Of a DNA stretch of 47,732 bases, positions 1 to 11,191 are shown piece by piece. Numbering within the stretch: position 1 is the first letter of the stretch; each line of letters starts with the position of its first letter. The position numbers were made by a program, and so were the translations under genes. The notes below the pieces were generated by a model that saw nothing but the letters and a program-made list of their open reading frames with translations, was not told where the DNA came from and did no database searches. The DNA is from Corallochytrium limacisporum Hawaii (Eukaryota > Protista > Pluriformea), in assembly GCA_002811645.1 (NCBI GenBank), contig PDIP01000098.1, forward strand, positions 1-47,732, read 5' to 3'.

Positions 1-53
1 GAGAGAGAGAGAGAGAGGGAGAGAGAGAGGGGGAGGGAGAGAGGGGGGGGGGG
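1..53. repeat. (GA)n microsatellite / G-run
   Basis: gagaga... followed by poly-G at the window start. Confidence 0.9.
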
Positions 54-780
54 AAACCAAGAAAAAAAAAAGCCGGCCGAGTAGGGAATCAGGGTTTGAC
101 GAGACGAGGCAGGTGGACCTAATTGGCTCCTCCTTGATACTGAACACACCGTGAATTTGACCGGAGTTTGGCATTCGGAACGGAATAGATTCTCGGAAAG
201 CGAGGGGGAAAGGGCAAAAGGGAAGCGATTCGACCCCCGAGTGCAGTACTTTGTGGTAGTCCCCAGATCTTGCCGATCAGAGCAGCCGTACGTTTCGTTT
301 CTGGTCTTAGTGGCAGGAGTTGCAGTGGACATGTGGGATAACCCGTTATCAAATACAGAATGTATTGAATGAATGGAAGACTTGACCCCCCCTTCCGGTA
401 CCAGGTCCGTGAATTTTCATGAGTTCATGGCTTTGTGCGGATAGGGGTGGTGTGCAACTGTGCTGTGTAGGACATTTTGTACCGTGCGGATGACCCATTG
501 ACCGATTGATGAGATGTCAACTCCTAGATGTGTCTGTTGTCTTTTGTGGTGGCAGTGTTGATACCGTTCTAGGATCTTCAATTTGCGCCAGTATTTATAC
601 CTAAGGTACATGAGACTGCACAAGGTACGCACATTATTTTCTCCGACAAAAGGGAATTAAGTAGAAGAGAAATCAGGACCAAACATCGACCAGATACGTT
701 CGTGGGACGACATAGGGAACAATGGGGTCCAATTAGAAAGAAAAGAATACATTCAAATAATCAGAAACTCTGGTGCAAGT

Positions 781-3753
781 ATGTCCCCCAACACGGAGGG
801 GCGTCACTCCGTGATAACTGTGCCAGACACAGTTTCGGCATCAAGTTCGATGAGCCAGCAGATTACAACGGTATCTGGCATACCAGGACGGCCCAGCTCA
901 GGAGGTCTCCACAAATCATTCACAGGGAATACAAAAGGAGAGAAAGTCAAAATTGGAGACGGAGAAGTGAGCCAAATACAACCGAGAGTAAAGCAACCGG
1001 TGCAGCATCGAGACGAGGCATCCAGCAAAGCAATGTCAAGCTCTAAAACTTCTGGTAGATCACGATGGAACTGCTTCGGACACCGGTTCCGTAGTGATGA
1101 TAATGTGAAGAAGATCCTCCATGCTCGCTTTCTGTTCGCAGTTCTAATCCTATTAGCATTAATTACCGCGGGTTTAGTGATCGACATTGTTACCCAGGTT
1201 GGCCTAGAGGACGACGGTAACATTATCAATACTGCGGGACGGCAGCGTATGTACAGCCAACGTCTATCAAAGTTGGCGCTCGAAATGCAAATGGCAACAA
1301 CACGAGAAGACCGGGAGGCAAATCTGCCAGAAATGTCTTTATCAATTTCGAATTTTAGGAGTGCACAAGATTTTCTTACAGAAAGGGATGGTAATCCAGA
1401 CGAAGTGGATCGGCTCTTTGAGATCCTGAATCCTATCTATCTTGATCTATCCAACAGTGTTCTAGATGTGTTTGAGCTGGTGGTATCAGATGCAAATAAT
1501 ACGGGCCCCGTTGTTGATGTATCATCTGCCATGGCCGCGGCCCTGGCGGTCGAGCAGGACTACCTAAACCAAATGGACACCATTGTCAATGTCTACAACG
1601 AGGACTACAACAATACCGCACGAGAGGCTGTCATCATTGCGTCGACACTTTTTGCATGTGCAGTATTGGTTATATTATCACTGTATGTGTTCCTCTTGAT
1701 ACCGACCGTAAACGCAGTAACCAAGACATTGACCCAACTGACGGACGCCAAACAGGAGATTGGGTCTATGGCCAAGGATCTGGAGAAGCAGAATTTCGAA
1801 CTGCAAGAAGCCGTGGCCAATGCCAGGGAGCTGGCTAAAGTCAAGTCTGAGTTCCTTGCCGTCATGTCTCACGAGCTCCGCACACCGCTCAATGGTGTGC
1901 TGGGTATGACGCAGCTGCTCGTGGGCTCTACAGAGTTGAGCACTGAACAGCGCAACTATGTGGACACTATTACTTCTAGCAGTGAATCTCTACTTAGCTT
2001 GCTTAATGATGTGCTCGACTTTACACAGATCGACACTGGCAAGCTAGGTCTGACAATTCAAACCTTTGACCTACAGGAATGCACCCAAGACGTGTTGCGC
2101 TCGGTGTTCCCGAAGGCATGGGCCAAGGATGTGGAGGTTTTAGTAGATGTTGATCCCGCTGTTCCGACATCGATCCGTACCGACCGTGACCGTCTGACTG
2201 AGGTGCTGCGCAATCTGTTGAGCAATGCTATCAAGTTCACCTCCACTGGTGAGATTGGCCTCGACATTACCGTAGACGACGCCGCTGAACGATGTGGCAG
2301 CCATCTCCTCCTCCACGTTCGCGACACTGGTGTAGGTATTCCTGTGGAAAAGTTGCAATCTATCTTTGAGCCGTTTACACAGTTGGATGCTTCCCTCCAG
2401 CGCCAGTTTGGAGGTACCGGACTCGGTTTGGCCGTAACTCGTCGCTTAGTGGAATTGATGGGTGGCCAAATCTCTGTTGTATCGGAACCTGGTCTGGGTA
2501 CCGTCTTCACGGTCCAGATTCCCATGAGTGAGATCACTGTGCGGGACACCAACTCCAGCATGGCATCAAGCTCCAGCAGTGCTCTTGCTACTCTCAGCGA
2601 GAGTGATCCAGGGCGTGTGCGCAGCAATGGGTCGCCTGCTTGGGGCATCTTCATCAGGAACAACACACTGGAAGGCCGTGTTTCTGCATCGTTTGATGGC
2701 ATGGTGCATGGCTCCGTGACAGCCATAAAACCCAAGGACTTGCTTGCCATGGCCAAATCGAACCCAGACATGCTCCACATGATTGCTACACTTGACTGCG
2801 CTGTCGACACAGGTGCCCATGTGCAGGACACGTTGGCTGTGCTGCAATTGTTGCAGGATGCGAAGAAAGCGCAGGTCACCCGCAGAACAGAGGAAATGGA
2901 GATTGAGAAGGTTCAACCTGGCGAGATCGTTCAGGCAAAGATCCACAGCAAAATGATTGTTGTGGTGTATGCCGCGCCCAACTCTCTCTATTCCATTAGC
3001 AACAAAGCCAAGGTCTACGATCATCTGGTCGTTATCTGCCTGGAGAAGCCTATCCCAGCACACAAGATCGCAGAGACTCTGGTCAAAGCCAAGAGCAATC
3101 GCAGCCTGGTACTCAATAGTCGTTACCAGAACTTCTTGAAGCGAGGGCGCACGTCCGGTGAAAACGGTCTAGAAGCATGCCCGTCGGTCCGCCGACCTTT
3201 GTCCGACATGAAACAGATCATGGAAGCCCTTGACAGCGGTGAAGATGGGTTGTGTAAGGACCAGCTCGGTGTTGTGAGTAGCTGCAGCAGCTTCAGCTGC
3301 CGAGGTGATGAAGGCCACGCTTTGGCACTCAAGAACATGGCAGAATGCATGCCTTTGAACATTCTGATTGCGGACGACCACGTAGTCAACCAAAAGTACG
3401 AAATGCGCTTGCTGAGTAAGATGGGTTACAAACCCGATCTTGCGAGCGACGGTCAAAAAGCCGTAGAGAAGGCCTTCCAGGTGGAGTACGATCTTATTCT
3501 TATGGATGTCGCCATGCCGGTCATGGACGGCCTCGCAGCCTCGAAGCATATCCGTGAGAATATGAAAGGCCACTATCCCATGATTGTTGCCGTTACCGCC
3601 AACGCCATGATGAGCGACCGGCAGATCTGTTTTGCCAGTGGCATGGATCGCTATATTACGAAGCCAATTGATATCAACCTCGTTATTGAAGCCATTGAAA
3701 TGGCGTACAAGTGGAAGTTGAGTGGCGAAGAAGGTCACGCCAACATCGAGTAG
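781..3753 (+). CDS. Membrane hybrid sensor histidine kinase (TM - NarX/PilJ-like sensor - TM - HisKA - HATPase - degenerate REC - REC)
   Basis: 990-aa ORF. Two hydrophobic helices flank INTAGRQRMYSQRL. H-box SEFLAVMSHELRTPLNG, N-box NLLSNAIKFT, G1 VRDTGVGI, G2 GGTGLGL, receiver ILIADDH...LILMDVAMPVMDG...YITKPI. Confidence 0.95.
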   Translation: MSPNTEGRHSVITVPDTVSASSSMSQQITTVSGIPGRPSSGGLHKSFTGNTKGEKVKIGDGEVSQIQPRVKQPVQHRDEASSKAMSSSKTSGRSRWNCFGHRFRSDDNVKKILHARFLFAVLILLALITAGLVIDIVTQVGLEDDGNIINTAGRQRMYSQRLSKLALEMQMATTREDREANLPEMSLSISNFRSAQDFLTERDGNPDEVDRLFEILNPIYLDLSNSVLDVFELVVSDANNTGPVVDVSSAMAAALAVEQDYLNQMDTIVNVYNEDYNNTAREAVIIASTLFACAVLVILSLYVFLLIPTVNAVTKTLTQLTDAKQEIGSMAKDLEKQNFELQEAVANARELAKVKSEFLAVMSHELRTPLNGVLGMTQLLVGSTELSTEQRNYVDTITSSSESLLSLLNDVLDFTQIDTGKLGLTIQTFDLQECTQDVLRSVFPKAWAKDVEVLVDVDPAVPTSIRTDRDRLTEVLRNLLSNAIKFTSTGEIGLDITVDDAAERCGSHLLLHVRDTGVGIPVEKLQSIFEPFTQLDASLQRQFGGTGLGLAVTRRLVELMGGQISVVSEPGLGTVFTVQIPMSEITVRDTNSSMASSSSSALATLSESDPGRVRSNGSPAWGIFIRNNTLEGRVSASFDGMVHGSVTAIKPKDLLAMAKSNPDMLHMIATLDCAVDTGAHVQDTLAVLQLLQDAKKAQVTRRTEEMEIEKVQPGEIVQAKIHSKMIVVVYAAPNSLYSISNKAKVYDHLVVICLEKPIPAHKIAETLVKAKSNRSLVLNSRYQNFLKRGRTSGENGLEACPSVRRPLSDMKQIMEALDSGEDGLCKDQLGVVSSCSSFSCRGDEGHALALKNMAECMPLNILIADDHVVNQKYEMRLLSKMGYKPDLASDGQKAVEKAFQVEYDLILMDVAMPVMDGLAASKHIRENMKGHYPMIVAVTANAMMSDRQICFASGMDRYITKPIDINLVIEAIEMAYKWKLSGEEGHANIE

Positions 3754-3998
3754 GTGAGTGGCAGCATACACGTCAACTATGCAACCCAACCCAACCGTTT
3801 ATATCGAAATCATAACATCGCAGTGTACATAAAATCGTAATCAATTATAATTAATCATCATGTCCAAAAGAGAAATTATAAAATAAGTGAAACAGTTGGA
3901 CGTCTTCAGTCTCAATGGAAAGGGGGAAGAAACAATGTAGCCGTCGCATGCTGGTTTTGTGATATGTTACAGTGACAAGATTCCTGGTGCAAAGCGGG

Positions 3999-4652
3999 TT
4001 ACTCCTTAACGATCCGGTCTATGGGATCGTCAGGCTTTGGATACGACTGAATCAGCTTCGTGTTCTTTCGCTGTGCCCGAAGCCACTTGCGGTACTCCTT
4101 GAGGGTGGTGACTGTGTCTCCGTAGTAGTCGTCACTCATGCGAATCTGTTCCGGTGCACGATTCTTCTCGACGTGGTCAACGTAGACATCCTCCCAGGCG
4201 GCCATGCTCTTAGCCTTTTGTCCCCGAATCACATTCCACAGAATGCCATAGGCACCGCTACCCAGCATGGCAGCGACACCGCTGAAAGCCATGCTGCCCA
4301 GGACGCAAACGAAGAGGGGGTCCATACCCATGATAGGCTGAATCTCTACCGTAGGATCAAACATTTGCGGAAACTGTTCTGTGACTTGATACGAGCAGAG
4401 TACCATGCTTACAAAGGCAGTAGGTACCATAAAGACGCGCTGCTGCGCTTGCCTGGACTTCTTTAGCTTGCGATACTCTTCAAAGGTCATGTCCGTCGGA
4501 GCCTTGGGGCTCTCTCCAGAAGATTGGAGGGTCGGAGTGCTGACGCAAAAAGACCGCATGGAACTGAGGACCATGACCCGAGGCCTCTGAGTCCTCATGA
4601 CATTCTTTACCAGACTCGTTGTGTGCCCAACGGCAAAAACTGACCGATACAT
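3999..4652 (-). CDS. PAM17: Mitochondrial presequence translocase-associated motor subunit Pam17-like
   Basis: Presequence-like N-terminus, two TM segments around IMGMDPLF, and a C-terminal DYYGDTVTTLKEYRKWLRAQ matching the Pam17 DYYGE..SL..YR.WLR motif. Confidence 0.8.
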   Translation of the reverse strand: MYRSVFAVGHTTSLVKNVMRTQRPRVMVLSSMRSFCVSTPTLQSSGESPKAPTDMTFEEYRKLKKSRQAQQRVFMVPTAFVSMVLCSYQVTEQFPQMFDPTVEIQPIMGMDPLFVCVLGSMAFSGVAAMLGSGAYGILWNVIRGQKAKSMAAWEDVYVDHVEKNRAPEQIRMSDDYYGDTVTTLKEYRKWLRAQRKNTKLIQSYPKPDDPIDRIVKE

Positions 4653-5009
4653 GGTTTTCTGTGTCTTGTCTTGACTTGCTTCTTTGACGAGCTGAACTCA
4701 AAAATACACACCAAACCGGCGGTGTGAGGTTTTCGTGATTCACAGCGTATATCTTCCATGCTGAGAAATACGTACTCAACTAATACCAAACAAAGCCTCC
4801 ACTGTAGCAATAGTTGCATCAGACAGCAACCAAAGAAGTTTAAACGGTCCATGCGTTTTGATGAAGAGAATTTGTGATACTCTCAGTGCGCGACTTGCGG
4901 AACAATTTGCTGTCTCCTGCGAAACGACCGCGTCTCTCCCACCGAGACGGCACGTCACGCGACCGGCAGGGCCACCTTCTGTCCCCCCTGCCCCCCCCCC
5001 CCCGAAACC

Positions 5010-5098
5010 NNNNNNNNNNNNNNNNNNNNNNNNNNNNNNNNNNNNNNNNNNNNNNNNNNNNNNNNNNNNNNNNNNNNNNNNNNNNNNNNNNNNNNNNN
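5010..5098. other. Assembly gap flanked by poly-C
   Basis: N run. Confidence 1.
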
Positions 5099-5295
5099 CC
5101 CCCCCCCCCCCCCAAAACCCGGGAGGGGGGAGGGTGGTTGTTGGCTCGCTTGGCCAGGGGAAGAGCGATACACTTCAAAGGGAATCGCTTCTAAGCAGGA
5201 TGATCGCATTGTCGCCCTTAGAAAAAATTGTAGTCATTTTAAATGCTAAGCTTTCTTTATCTTTGTGCTCGATTTACGCAGACGTCTTTTCGCGC

Positions 5296-6807
5296 TTACC
5301 ACAGGATTTTGCTAACCAATGGACCAAGATCCCTTTTCTGTTCGTCCGCGATTGCGTCTTCCTCGACGTTGCTGATTCTATACCAGCCGCTACCTGACTG
5401 CGGTGCAGAGTCCACTGCTCGTCTGGTACGGAGAGTGGAGTTGATGTGCTCATCATTGACACCGTGCAGACGACGGACCAAACGTGCTGCATCTGCTTCC
5501 GTGCGACAGAGCGTAAGCACCCATTTGCTACCGAGTCCGTGAACAGTGTGGACACTCACAGGTGGCACGTTGTGGAAATCGACATCCATGTCATCTTTAA
5601 AGCAAGCAACATCAATGTCTTGCAAAAATTTCAAGGTGAATTGAGTGTCGAGATCGCGCATGTTTGTGTAGAACGGTCCCGTTAACACCGCACGGCCCTG
5701 GAACTGTTGGATGGGATCCCAAATAAGATTGTCGAAGGCCACCCTTCGCCGGTGGCGCTCCCTCTGATGGTCATTCAAGTCTCCATAGCAAGGAATTTCC
5801 GTTACCTTCACACGATTGAGACCGACATGTGACCCGTGGGGAGGCAGGTTGCTCCTCCAAGGCATTCGTTCCAAGTTGGTATCTCCGTTTCCTTCCTTTG
5901 CGCTCCCGAGAAATCCACTAAATAGGTCAGCCTTGTCGTGTTCTCCAGAGTCCTCAATCTCCACCACCCACTGCGATGACCCGAGAACGTTAAACACCAT
6001 GGGACGCACTAAGGCACGGGCAGGCAGAGCGCGTCTTCCACTCTTTGCAGGCACCAGATCGTAAGGCAGACGGTCTGCAGCGCGGTGTGCATCGCTGTAT
6101 TCAAGTTGCATACGCAATGCTTCGCTCCGCGGGGTCCGATCGGTTAAGCTCTGATCAAAAAACCGCTTCTGTGCGGCTCGCACAATGGTGGACGAAGGGA
6201 AGAGGGATTCAATGTCCCTAATAGTAGCATGTTCAGGGACGTTGCTCACAACGAACGTGCGGGTATTGACCTTCTTTACTGTCTCCTGGATTGAATCACT
6301 TTCCGGATTCTTTTGCTCCTCTTCGTTTACGTGTGTCTGATTCAAGGCACCCTTCAATCCGAGACTGGCCAGTCGATTGACATCAACCAGAGGAGAGCCC
6401 TCACGGAATAGACTGTCCATGCGACGATCAACCAATTTACTCAACTGCTGATTGGCATCAAATGAGTACATCCATTGCGACGTTGCAGATTCTGAACGAG
6501 TCGATCGGTCGGCAAAGAGATCGATACCAAACACGCCACTACTCACTCCATATTGCTCGCGTACCTTCCAAAAGGCCGGTTTGGTTATCTTGGTTGCTTT
6601 CGCTGCCTTTGTGGACTTTGCTGTCCTCGCTGCCGCTACTTTTTTGGCTGGAGTTCTGTCCGATGCCTTCTTTGACGACGTAACTGGGGACCCTGTGCCC
6701 TTCTGCCTCCCTCGCCGGGTTGTCCCTGACCCACCTACCTTTGTGGCGAAGGTACGGCTCGTCGTGAGCTGTCGAGCTATCGACCGTTTCTGTAGAGCGC
6801 TCAACAT
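5296..6807 (-). CDS. Uncharacterised protein, probably mitochondrion-targeted, with an RRM-like segment
   Basis: 503-aa ORF. Arg/Ser/Thr-rich presequence-like start (MLSALQKRSIARQLTTSRTFAT) and RNP2-like RTFVVSNVPEHATIRDIESLF. Confidence 0.7.
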   Translation of the reverse strand: MLSALQKRSIARQLTTSRTFATKVGGSGTTRRGRQKGTGSPVTSSKKASDRTPAKKVAAARTAKSTKAAKATKITKPAFWKVREQYGVSSGVFGIDLFADRSTRSESATSQWMYSFDANQQLSKLVDRRMDSLFREGSPLVDVNRLASLGLKGALNQTHVNEEEQKNPESDSIQETVKKVNTRTFVVSNVPEHATIRDIESLFPSSTIVRAAQKRFFDQSLTDRTPRSEALRMQLEYSDAHRAADRLPYDLVPAKSGRRALPARALVRPMVFNVLGSSQWVVEIEDSGEHDKADLFSGFLGSAKEGNGDTNLERMPWRSNLPPHGSHVGLNRVKVTEIPCYGDLNDHQRERHRRRVAFDNLIWDPIQQFQGRAVLTGPFYTNMRDLDTQFTLKFLQDIDVACFKDDMDVDFHNVPPVSVHTVHGLGSKWVLTLCRTEADAARLVRRLHGVNDEHINSTLRTRRAVDSAPQSGSGWYRISNVEEDAIADEQKRDLGPLVSKILW

Positions 6808-7461
6808 GGTTTGGTCATGCTATGTCATAGTCCTACAGTCCGATTACCGTACGTTCATGTACGTATTCTCATTTCTGTTCGTCTTCACACCTGAGGTTCC
6901 ACCCCGCCTAGTCATACGCTCAATTGCTTCTGAAGTCCATCAGCAAATTCTATGTCTTCTTCTTGAATAGGTGCAAGGATTTAGTACCTCATCAGGCCCT
7001 GGTGGTTGGCATATGCCCGGAGGATGATGTGCGGTTGTATGCGGGTGGGTCTCATAACCCGCCCCTCGGCCCTCCAGTAGCCAGCCACGCGTAAGAGGGA
7101 AGTGTTCTGGATTTGATTCGATGTTCGTATTCCGGACCAACTTCAGTACTTTCACCATAGGAGGCCACAGAATGTATTTTACTGCTGCCCTCACCACGCG
7201 AACCCCCGGGTTTTGTTGGACAGGCGGGCGGAGGAAAGAGAAGTGGAAGGGCCACCAAACGAAAGATGGTTTAGGGACTCCTGTGTGTTGACGATCGCAG
7301 TACGGCGTAGTTTTTTCCATTGTCCCATGGTTTTTCGGCGGATATTTCAGATATTAAACATCTTGGTTACGATCATGAATGATGTGAACAGAGACCACTC
7401 GTTTATTGACAACAGCGACGTGTGCCCAGGGATGTGTGTGTAGCGGACAGAGGACAAAAAC

Positions 7462-8615
7462 ATGATGAAGGCGCTTATGCCGTCGGCACGGATATTAGGC
7501 CGTCCTCTGGGTCCTGTCGTGGGATTATCAAGGATGCCTCCAACTAGACCCATTCATACCGCCTCTGCGGTGAATGCTAGCTTTAAAGAATCAGTGAATG
7601 CGCGGAAAATGAAGCGTCAGCAGGCACAAGCGCGCGCCCATGCAGCGCGCTACCAGGGTGCGTCGGGTGCCAACATGGCAGGCTCAGTCCAGCGCGATAG
7701 TCGATCCTCGGAGGTGTTGCCGGGACAAGGTCTTGGTCGGATCGCTGATCCCTACAAAGCACCGTTGTTTGCGCCCCCGTTTGAACTGACACCACAGGGT
7801 GCTCGAACATACGCTCGGTACTACTACGAACTATTCAAGCAGAAAGTCCGGTTCTATCAGAACCTATATCGTCAGCTGCCCAAGATCGGAGAAGAAAACT
7901 TTGATGCGGTCCGCTTTGCACAGGGTGCACAGGAAGCCTACGTGACCTTCCAGGAGGCGGTGGCTAAGAAGGACGATACCACAGCCCGCTCCTTTGGCAC
8001 CCTCATGCTGCTAAATGCACTGAAGGAACAGAACAGGAAACGGATCATCAACTGGGCGTACCGTGGGGAGAATCAAACGCCAAAGTTGGTTCACTTGGTG
8101 TATCTGCCGCACATGCAGTACGAGTTTATGCAGGCAACAGTGAAGTTTGACTACAAGTTGGTAAGTAGACTGAAGACGATTGGAGGAGCGCGAGACACAA
8201 TAGCGAATTTGATGGTAGTTTTATGATGATAGGTTTAGGAATTTTTTGAGTCTCGACGATGAGGACCTAAACTAAACTTTAAGACATGCATTGCTTTCTG
8301 ATTTTGTCGCCTCAGATGCCTATTCTGCGCAACCAACTGGAAATCCTCCAATGCGACCGAAAGCCTTGTAAACAGCGATTGGAAACTAACAGAATCTTCT
8401 TTTCTTCCTCAATTTTCCTGCCACAGACTATGAGTCAACAGGACGCCATGACGAAAAAGCTGATCCAGGGAGATCCGAACAAGGTCAAGAACATCACAGA
8501 GTACGTCGTTTTTGAGCGAAGGTACGATGTCGATGATTCTTGGCGGGTGGCCGGACGAGTTACCGAGGAGACAGCAATGCCAGACGCCTGGGAAACTGGC
8601 ATCGCCGCAAGGTAG
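7462..8615 (+). CDS. MRPL45: Tim44-like domain protein, probably mitoribosomal mL45/Mba1. Exons 7462-8160 and 8427-8615.
   Basis: Presequence-like start, then FDAVRFAQGAQEAY, QATVKF and GDPNKVKNITEYVVFER..WRVAGRV. Phase-0 intron 8161-8426 (GTAAGT, ACTAAC at 8385, pyrimidine tract, CAG) joins the two ORFs in frame. Confidence 0.75.
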
Positions 8616-8863
8616 GTACCGGAAAAACTACTCAAAAATTAGATCACAACTATATCAACATTTCCAAGTCTTTAAGACGCTGTGTACAATCTATGTGGAA
8701 GCGGAAATACATGTCTAATGTATGTTTGTCCCGATGTCTATATAACCGGGTCATGATATGATGACGAATATGCAAGATGCCGATGGATGATGGAAGACGT
8801 GCAATGCTAGATGCTTATGCCATGAATAGTGCACAGTTTGTGGGCTTTTGTGAATAACTGCCC

Positions 8864-9205
8864 TTAGATACTCATGCTGCTAATATAGTTATTCACCGTA
8901 GTGTTTAAGTGCTTGCAAAAGTAGAAGCCCGTGAACAGCTCAACATGCAGGAAGAACACGAAAGCAATAAATGCATAGTACAAGGCATATGCCAGAGGGC
9001 CCTTGCCCTCCAGGCGCTTAGGACTGAGACCCAAGTCTCCAGCAAAGGTGAGAGATTCCCAAAAACGCTTCTTGCGGTCCTCCTGGACTACCCGATGCTT
9101 CTCCCACTGAGCCTCATCATTCTGGGCGTCGAAGTACAGGTACAACCCGTAACCCATGCCCACTGCCAGGGTGCAGAGGATCAGAAACCACCGGAAGGGG
9201 CACAT
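8864..9205 (-). CDS. Small membrane protein of the MCP(L/F)R-start family
   Basis: 113 aa, MCPFRWFLILCTLAVG N-terminal helix and a second helix ending LHVELFTGFYFCK. Resembles, from memory, the plant/algal MCPLR...DMASGRYLW small proteins. Confidence 0.65.
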   Translation of the reverse strand: MCPFRWFLILCTLAVGMGYGLYLYFDAQNDEAQWEKHRVVQEDRKKRFWESLTFAGDLGLSPKRLEGKGPLAYALYYAFIAFVFFLHVELFTGFYFCKHLNTTVNNYISSMSI

Positions 9206-9712
9206 GTCTGTTTCTGTTCCAGATGATCTGCTATTCTTTAAGTAACCCTCAAATGTTTGTCTTTCTCTGTCGCTGATGTGATATGACAGTTGTGCCGTGA
9301 AATTGTAAAATGCGACTTCTGGTAATGTACGTCGATATATATACCTGTTCGCATTCGACTACGATCTACCATACACTATCAACGCCGGATAAGTACCGTC
9401 AGAGTGCACTATCCATTCCGTGACACCAAATCTCCACATCAAAAGCAGTTTTGTAGAAACGCTGTGGAATGCGTACAAAGGAGGTCATCAAGAATAGCCG
9501 TCGAAACAAACGCGTTACATCACTTGCCATTTTGGACGAATGAATGGCTTTCCTGCGCAGTGCGCTCCGGGACCCAACCTCACAAGCGAACCCAAGGAAG
9601 AGGGAGCGGAGGGAGGAGGGGGGGGGATGCATACCAGGTGCCGACCCTCTGACCCACCCCGCTCCGGTACTCCCGCTTTGCCGATCAGAACCCTCCGCAC
9701 AGTCGGGCCGGG

Positions 9713-9724
9713 TATATATATATA

Positions 9725-9759
<35 letters not shown>

Positions 9760-9886
9760 NNNNNNNNNNNNNNNNNNNNNNNNNNNNNNNNNNNNNNNNN
9801 NNNNNNNNNNNNNNNNNNNNNNNNNTTCCTCTCGGTGACGTGCGAACCCACACTGCCCGCTCTGTGGGCCGCCCGGGGTGCCCAAG

Positions 9887-9921
<35 letters not shown>

Positions 9922-9952
9922 TTTCTCTCTCTCTCTCACTCTCTCTCTCTCT
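9713..9952. repeat. (TA)n/(CT)n microsatellites around an assembly gap (N 9760-9825)
   Basis: Directly visible. Confidence 0.95.
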
Positions 9953-11147
9953 GTCGCGGTCTCCTTTCTTTCGTGGCATTGCGACACGGGCTGACGGAGT
10001 GGAAGAATTTTTCACCCATTTTTTTTTCGGTTCTCCTCTTCTTCATGCTGTGCGAGTAGCGAATTGTGCCGTCCCTCTCTCACTCTCTCTCTGTGTGAGA
10101 GAGGAGAACCCCTACCCCCAACTTCGCAAATTGGCCCCAAAACTTTTTTTTTCCTTCTGGTGAACTGGCTCCCACCTTCACACCCGCCTTACCTCTCTCC
10201 CCCCCCCCTCTTCCCCGCTCCTCTCCCCATCTCTTAACTTAATCAGGCGTGGGCGTGACCATAGAAAAAGGAAGAGGCAAGCTGGGGCGTGTCTAGGTGG
10301 TGTCTTTAGTACCTGCTGCTGCTTTCCGGCAGACCATCCGCAGGGACAGCGCCGCCGCCCCCCCCCCTCTCAAACCGGAGGCAATCAGTTCCAGTACTGC
10401 AAGTACCGGGACTCCAACCCACTGTGACGGAACAGCGGCCTCAAAACGGAGCCTAATGAGTGGTTGGAATCCCGCGGCTGAACGTGGACGGTTTGTCATT
10501 GCCATATATTCTCTATGAAATAGAGAAGCACAAGTGGCATGGGGCCATATGACATGGAATCATTGCTGCTGCTTACCGGGAATTGTATGCTTTTGCCTTC
10601 CGTCATCTCTATTCAAATTGCCTATGGTCGCATCAGGACTTAATCATTGAATTACATACTAGAATAACTGAGTTATGGGGACCGTTTCTGTAACTGTGTT
10701 CCGAAGACTCGGTCATGAGACTCGGTCTCGCGGACAAAAATGGATGAACCGCTCGCAATTTTTTCACTAAAGGCTCGCCACCTCTCGTTCGCATGTTGTT
10801 CGCCCTCTTTCGCCATCCCTACTTTCAGTATGGACCCCGAACTCCTTCCCGGGAACGGGCGGTGTGGACACGACCCCAAAGTGTGCCAGCCTTGTCCGAC
10901 GCACAGCGAGACCAAACAAAAATTGGGTGAGAGCGAGAAGCAAAAAAAAAATACCCAAAGCAAGAAATACCCGTGAACGGAGAAAAGCCGAACAAGAATG
11001 AATGTAGGAAATCTGTCCACTATCTATGATTCTGTTAGGAATGACTTATGAATGGCACATGTGTTCCGGTGAGAAGGGAGAGGGCGGGCAGGTATCGTTG
11101 GTTGGTTGTATACTAGGGCCCGAAGACTCGGGGGGAAGCGAGTGGGA

Positions 11148-11191
11148 AGAGAGAGAGAGTGACACAGAGAGAGAGAGAGAGAGAGTGAGAG
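11148..11191. repeat. (GA)n microsatellite
   Basis: Directly visible. Confidence 0.85.

Noticed and set aside
4840-5397. ORFs spanning the N gap
   Set aside because: They are open only because of Ns and homopolymers. The similar C-run/AAACC on both sides of the gap suggests an unmerged overlap.
9399-10163. ER/SL-repeat ORFs
   Set aside because: Translations of GA/CT microsatellites and a gap.
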